A DNA stretch of 64,000 bases from Podarcis pityusensis. Lineage: Eukaryota. This document shows, one piece after another, positions 58,148-64,000 of the stretch. Made by a program: the position numbers and the translations under genes. A model generated the notes under the pieces. The model saw only the letters and a list, made by a program, of their open reading frames with translations. It was not told the origin of the DNA and did not search any database. Positions within the stretch are counted from its first letter, which is position 1; each line of letters opens with the position of its first letter. The stretch lies in the NCBI GenBank assembly GCA_964106645.2, contig OZ067043.1. One strand, 5' to 3'.

Positions 58148-60308
58148 TTTTACTTCATGTTTTAAAAGCTTTATAATATTTGTTATAATAGAGCGGTCAT
58201 TGAAGTAAAATGTTGTTGTCTACCCTGAGCTCTCGGGGAAGTGAGCTATGTGAACTTTGGAACCAATGGTCTGTCCCTGGCTATTCATAAAAAATATAAT
58301 ACTTTGTGTACTGCCTCAGATGAAAGGTCCATCCGGTTCTTTTACCCGATAAAGAGGTACTGCAAGTAAGCTCACAACTAGGGTGTGATGGAACTAGCCA
58401 CCTCCTGTTTTTCATCTGAAGCTTCTGGCTAAGAGAGAGGCTTTCTCTGAACAAACCTTTTCTGGAGAACTTTCTTCTCCCAGGAATTCTACAGTGGCAG
58501 AAGCGTGAACACCATTCAGAATTATTCAAGGGTGAACTTAACTGAAGGTTGTTGGGTAGGTTCCATACAGTGCTGGAAATTGTTTTTAAACATTATCTTT
58601 TGTTAGGCCGGTAGGGTTAAGGGACCAGAACTTGCTCACTTTACCATAATGTGCCCTCTAAAACAGAAATCAAAATTAGTGCATGGCTGCTTCTTAGCCA
58701 AGAACAATGCCCGGTCATTTTGATGGCTGCTCAGAGTTATTCCTTTCTTCCATTGTTCCCTGCCCAAGTGTTGTCTTCACAAGCCCCTTGTGCTGTGTTT
58801 GGGCTGTCTAAGTAGCTTCCATGTTTTGTTACCCATGTCTTAAATTTTCCTCCATCAATGAGCTTGACCCTTGTTCGTCAGGACTCTGGGGAAGGGAGGA
58901 AACCACCCTTGTCTCCACTGTTCAAGGAAGCAGGATGACTTCGTACTTTTCCATTGCAGTATTCTGTAGAATACACAGGATAACTAATTTAGCACTGCCG
59001 TGAAGCACGAGAAAATCAGTATGGCTGATAATTGCCCCATATAATAGTTTCATTCTGAAACAAGAGTTATGTGCAGTTTGAAAGCTTGCAACCCTTGCCA
59101 ATTAAGACATGAGATGGATTCAGAGAAAAGAGATTGCCTTAAACTTTATGGACGTTATCAGTTTGCCTATGGCAGATGAAACCACTTAGGCAAAAATCGC
59201 TTTAGTTTAGCAAATTAGGGCAAATTTCCCCCTTCTTTTTTAGCTGTTTCTGGGACTATTGGCACAGTTCAGTTCCATATACACACATAATTTTGTGGAA
59301 GCATGCTGAGCTGCATGCATGTAATTACGGCCCTTTGATGGCAGGCAGCGTTAGAAAATGCAAAACCCAGCTATAGATTTGTGCTCTTAATTCCTGACTG
59401 CATAAGTATAGTTTCTGTGGGTTTTATTTTACTGAATGTCTTCCTTGCAGCAATAACCTGAAAGTAGTCAGAAGTCTGTTTGGATTGTTTGTCCTTGTGT
59501 TTTCTTACACCCTATTAGTCTTCTACGCATGTTCCACTTCTTTTGAGCTTTTGGCAGGCTGTTCAGAACACCATTTCCTCCTTTTCAACCTGGCAAAGTC
59601 CAATTGTTCTTTGCTTACACTACACCAGCTTTTCCCAGAATTTAGCCCGGAGCTTGAATCCACCAGGGAGCCCCCTGTGTGTTTAGATTATAAAACTGCT
59701 TCCTAAAGGGATCTTGATTGAATTGTGTCCTCAGATAATGCTGTCAAACTGCAAGTTCAGTGTTGTTCTTTTTTAAAAATTACCCTATGATGTTACTCAG
59801 AACTCTCGTTATGCATAAATTGGGGTGTGTGTAATCTTCCTCTCACTTGATGACCGTTTCATCATTCCTGAAATGTATTTATTTTTATAGCCCACCCTCT
59901 TCTGAGAGCTTGTATGTAGGTAACAACCTTTTCTTATCTCATGAGAAAGCTGACTGATGCTGAGAGGTGGTTATTTGCACAGGGCCATTCGGACACAGCC
60001 AAGCCATGCTCTACTACTTAAATTTGGGTACCAAAAGTATTCAGATTTTAAATGGTAAAGTACACACATGGTGTCAGCAATTGTCTGTCAGCTCTACGTG
60101 TTCACTGATGGCAGGGGTTCCCTGAGTGACTACAGAAATTGTATGTGGGAGTGGACCCCATTTCCATGTTTAACAGGCTGAAGCACTGTGAAACCCAACC
60201 CTCTTTTCAGTTGGGCCACTTGGTTATAATGTGTGCATTAGGCCCCTCTCTTGTCTCCCACCATGGCAGAATGTTATAAACATGTAGCACCTTTTTGCTT
60301 TTGTTCAG

Positions 60309-60400
60309 GTTTATGCCGGTCTATTGGAGTAAGCAACTTTCTTATTGATCATTTGGAACAACTGAAGGAAGACTGCCAGGTAACCCCGCACGTTAACCAG
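60309..60400 (+). CDS. Aldo-keto reductase exon 4 (92 nt)
   Basis: (G)LCRSIGVSNFLIDHLEQLKEDCQVTPHVNQ with the IGVSNF AKR signature; acceptor ttgttcag, donor GTGAGT. Confidence 0.96.
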
Positions 60401-60761
60401 GTGAGTATACTATGCATAGTGGTTAAAAGGCTTTGACTAGGAAACTGGTGTTTTGGGCAGATGATGGAGAGCATGAGAGGACTTGAATCCAGCACCACAC
60501 ACCCAACAAAGTGAGGGCAAATCCCAAGGCAACAGCCGCTACTCAGTCTCACATTGAAGCTGTGCCTGCCCCATTCCTATATAATGGAACCCAAGGGTTG
60601 GATCAATATTCCTTGCTAGCCACGTATAGCACCTATTTTGTCCATGTACTGTACTGATTTGGGCATTAAAGGTTTGGGCAGAAACTGTACACAAAGTTCA
60701 AGTCCTTCATCCAGTGAGAGCCAGGAGACCTGAACCTCCTGACAATCTGTTTCATTGAATA

Positions 60762-60978
60762 CAGTGGTACCTCGGGTTAAGAACTTAATTCATTCTAGAG
60801 GTCCGTTCTTAACCTGATACTGTTCTTAACCTGAGTACCACTTTAGCTAATGGGGCCTCCCTCTGCCGCTGCTGCGTGATTTCTGTTCTCATCCTGAAGC
60901 AAAGTTCTTAACCCAAGGTACTATTTCTGGGTTAGCGGAGTCTGTAACCTGAAGCGTCTGTAACCCGAGGTACCCCTG
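60762..60978. mobile_element. Tigger-like MITE, GGTTAAGAAC-type, inverted relative to the 44603 copy
   Basis: TA TSD; interior is the reverse complement of 44603-44828. Confidence 0.87.
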
Positions 60979-63731
60979 TAATTCCAAACGAGGGGTTCTG
61001 CTATAATACTATAAGAGGGGGGGAAAGCTTCTTTATCAACTTTTTACATATGATGCATAATTTTATAAAATTCTTATCCCATCCTTTCCATAACCTGCAT
61101 GTTTCTTAAAACACACACGCCAAGGTAGTCCAACATACTGATTGGTTGACTTTTTCTGCACTTTTCCCCAGCATATTTCTTCCTTGTGAAATAACACACT
61201 GTTACTTCTGTGGCATTTAGCGAGTCTGAAAGCTCCACGTGGAGTATTGCTTCTCCATTCTTCCTCAGAGTCTTCAACAGTAAATACTGGGCATGTCCCA
61301 TAGCCTGTTCAGGTGCAAGCAGCATGGGCAAATGAGCCACCTCCATCATGTCTCTGCAAACTGTAAACATGCGGTGCTGAATGCCACAGAGAGGTCAAGA
61401 AACTTCAAAGGTTGAAGGGATGGATGTGTCTGCTGTTTGAACCTTGTCTCTTACCCAGCCCGTCATTTTTGATCACAGTCGGTTTAGGCTGACTCAGCCT
61501 AGCCTTTGAGAGCCTGGTTTTTTCAGAGTCTGGATTGAGCAGATGCCAGGCTATTGTTCCTGACTATTGTTGCTTGGAAAGACAACATGTACTAAAGATG
61601 AGAAACAGGAAGCAGTCCTTCATCCTCCTCGGGGTGGACGAAATTTTCCACATTCCCTGTGTTGATGTCATGGTGCTAAACTAAGATATCGTGTCGTCTT
61701 CTCCATCAAAAGTACGCAAAACGGTTAGGTCACTGGAAGACGTGTGACAGCTAAAGCAGCTTTTTTTCCAGAGAATTTATGTTGGATTTGTGCACATGAA
61801 GGGGTTGTGTTTTTCTGTCCAGGAACTGTGTCATTTTTTTCGATTTGCTTAATCATCCATGCTTCCATTACGGGGAGGGGTAACATCAGAATAGTTCACG
61901 TTTTATTACGTTTTGCCACAGAATGACTTCCTGCGAGAATCTTGGGGTCCTATATCAGTTATATTCGTCTCATATTCACACATACTTATTCCTTCTTCCT
62001 CTTGCCTGTCACCTCCTCCTATTCTCCTATTCCTCAGAAGGAATTGACTGTTGATTTTGAGAGGTGGGACACCATCATTGAGCCACTGCAACCAATAACG
62101 TCGGTTTGGATGGGGCACACAAACAGAACACACCAGCAAAGCTCCTTGCACAGATGATTTGTGCAAGCAAGCTAACTTAAATGCCTTTTTTCTTTCTTTC
62201 TTCTGCCCACACTCCTTTTTAAATAAACTCCACATTTTCCTGACCCATGATTGTAACTAAAGGACAGGTTTCTATGTCAGCATTGACCAGGTATACTGTG
62301 ACACCTGTCTCCCAGTCTATGAAAGTGTAAACTTTTATATTCTGCTCTAATCCCTAACAACACTTGGGTTGCATAGTCATAACCACCAGTGGAGATTTCA
62401 CCATATCTATTCATTTAAAAGTGTGTGTGTGCATGCATACACACTAATCACAAGCCTAATTAAGATTAATGAGAAATCAAGGACCATATTGTCCTGTTCC
62501 TTTCCTTTCCTTTCCTTTTTTCTTTCTTTCTTTTTAGGTTGTGACCAGCTTCCCTAGTGGGACCATTTTTGGCCTCAGCATCCAACACACTTTTTTTGCC
62601 CAATTCCCCATCCCTTCTAAAACTTTCTATGTTCATGCTCCTGGTACTCTTTCTTCTTCCACCCCTCTCCTTCACTTCTCCCCCTTTGACTGTTTAAGTT
62701 CCTTGGACCTGACCTTTTTTGTTTGCTTTATACCATAGAGTTTACAGAATATTGGCTAGATTAATGTCACTGTGTAACCGGTCCATATATGTCAGGAGGG
62801 AAGAGACACGTATGCTCTGTCTAAAATATATATACCTAAGTACTAGATAAGTTGCTAAATAAGAAACTTCAAGTAAGAATTTTAAAAAATACAAATTTAA
62901 ATTAATGGGATTTTCCATTTTAAGGATACCTCAGCCATGCTGTGTGTGTTGTTTAAGAAAGCCTATGTTTCCCCAAGTTGTCCCTCAGGTAGGATTTATT
63001 AATGTGCTACTGCTGCACCTTGGGGGGTGGATTCCTTCCCGTAACCCTCTGTTTAGATTTATGCACAACCAACTAACCTAATGGAAGATTTTGATGAAAG
63101 CCTTACAAATGAGGTCAAATTTGATCATATGGGTTGGGTGAATACTTGCCAGGCTATTCTGCAAGACTCATCTCCACATAGATCATGTGCTGAGATCATT
63201 TCATGATGGTAGAAGAGCAACTGTGTGAATTTGCTCTACAAAGAGGTGGAATTGTACAACTGAGGTGAAGGCAGGTACTTGTATAGTGGCATTTTGGTGA
63301 TAGGCAGGTCATGTATGGCTGTGCTGTTCTTTTCAGTTTCTTATTCATAGGAACGTGGGAGAGGAGGAGGAGGAGGAGGAGAAAGAGGCAATGACATTGC
63401 ATGATTGCTGTCTTGGGACAGAGTTCTAATGCACCCAGCAAACTGCTTCAAACATTACTACAAAGAGTTGGTGCAACTCTGTAACTTCTGAGGATGTTGG
63501 CAGCCAGCGTACAAATTTTCCAGAGTACCATGTTTCCACCCAAGGGACTTTTTCCTGGCATTTTGAAGGGAAGAGAAAATATCAATATCAATTTCTTCTT
63601 TCCTCTTTTTTTTTAAACTGATAGCACTCTGCCAAATAAGAAGTAACACTTCAGTTGCTTGACCTTTGAGTTGTGATAGATTAAAAGCTGGCGACGGTTT
63701 TAACTGCAAAGTTTCTTCTCTTTTATAAAAG

Positions 63732-63914
63732 GTTGAATACCACCCTTTCCATAGGCCTCAAGAATTAGTGGATTACTGCCAAAGCAGGAATATTGTTTTC
63801 GAAGGCTACTGCCCACTTGCTAAAGGTGAAGCCCTTAGTCATCCAGACGTAATTCAGCTTGCAAAGAAATATGGCAGAACTCCTGCACAAATATGTATAC
63901 GCTGGAGCATACAG
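63732..63914 (+). CDS. Aldo-keto reductase exon 5 (183 nt); C-terminal exons are outside the window
   Basis: VEYHPFHRPQELVDYCQSRNIVFEGYCPLAKGEALSHPDVIQLAKKYGRTPAQICIRWSIQ; acceptor ttttataaaag, donor GTAAGT. Confidence 0.95.
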
Positions 63915-64000
63915 GTAAGTTCTAAAGTTGCCAGCATTCTTGGTCCCGTCCAGGAGGAATCCGAATAGATATTGGGGGAAGGGGCTGACGTCACACATGA

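Overview
Eukaryotic (vertebrate) genomic DNA. The repeat content (Sauria/Squam1 SINEs, BovB/RTE, RTE-X, CR1, L2, L1, many hAT and Tc1/mariner MITEs) points to a squamate, most likely a lacertid lizard. Two spliced genes lie head-to-head on one small CpG island (~17.98-18.58 kb). (1) DPH5 (diphthine methyl ester synthase) is on the minus strand, with a putative non-coding exon 1 and coding exons 2-5; the gene continues off the left edge. (2) An uncharacterised aldo-keto reductase is on the plus strand (short-loop, AKR5/YvgN-like, intact D-Y-K-H tetrad). It has 5 coding exons over 45.5 kb (249 codons assembled) and continues off the right edge. Almost all other six-frame ORFs are spurious or are transposon remnants. 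The most notable observations are: the very compact DPH5/AKR bidirectional promoter with uORFs on both sides; inverted BovB and SINE pairs bracketing DPH5 exons 2-3 (a circRNA/dsRNA geometry); a minisatellite built from the AKR intron-1 start that repeats GTAAGC donor motifs; MITE families carrying NRF1, ETS and ZNF143/THAP11 promoter motifs; a twin-primed (5'-inverted) L1; and several nested insertions whose target-site duplications (TSDs) can be read directly. There is no prokaryotic system or CRISPR array. Family names come from motif recognition, not from database searches.
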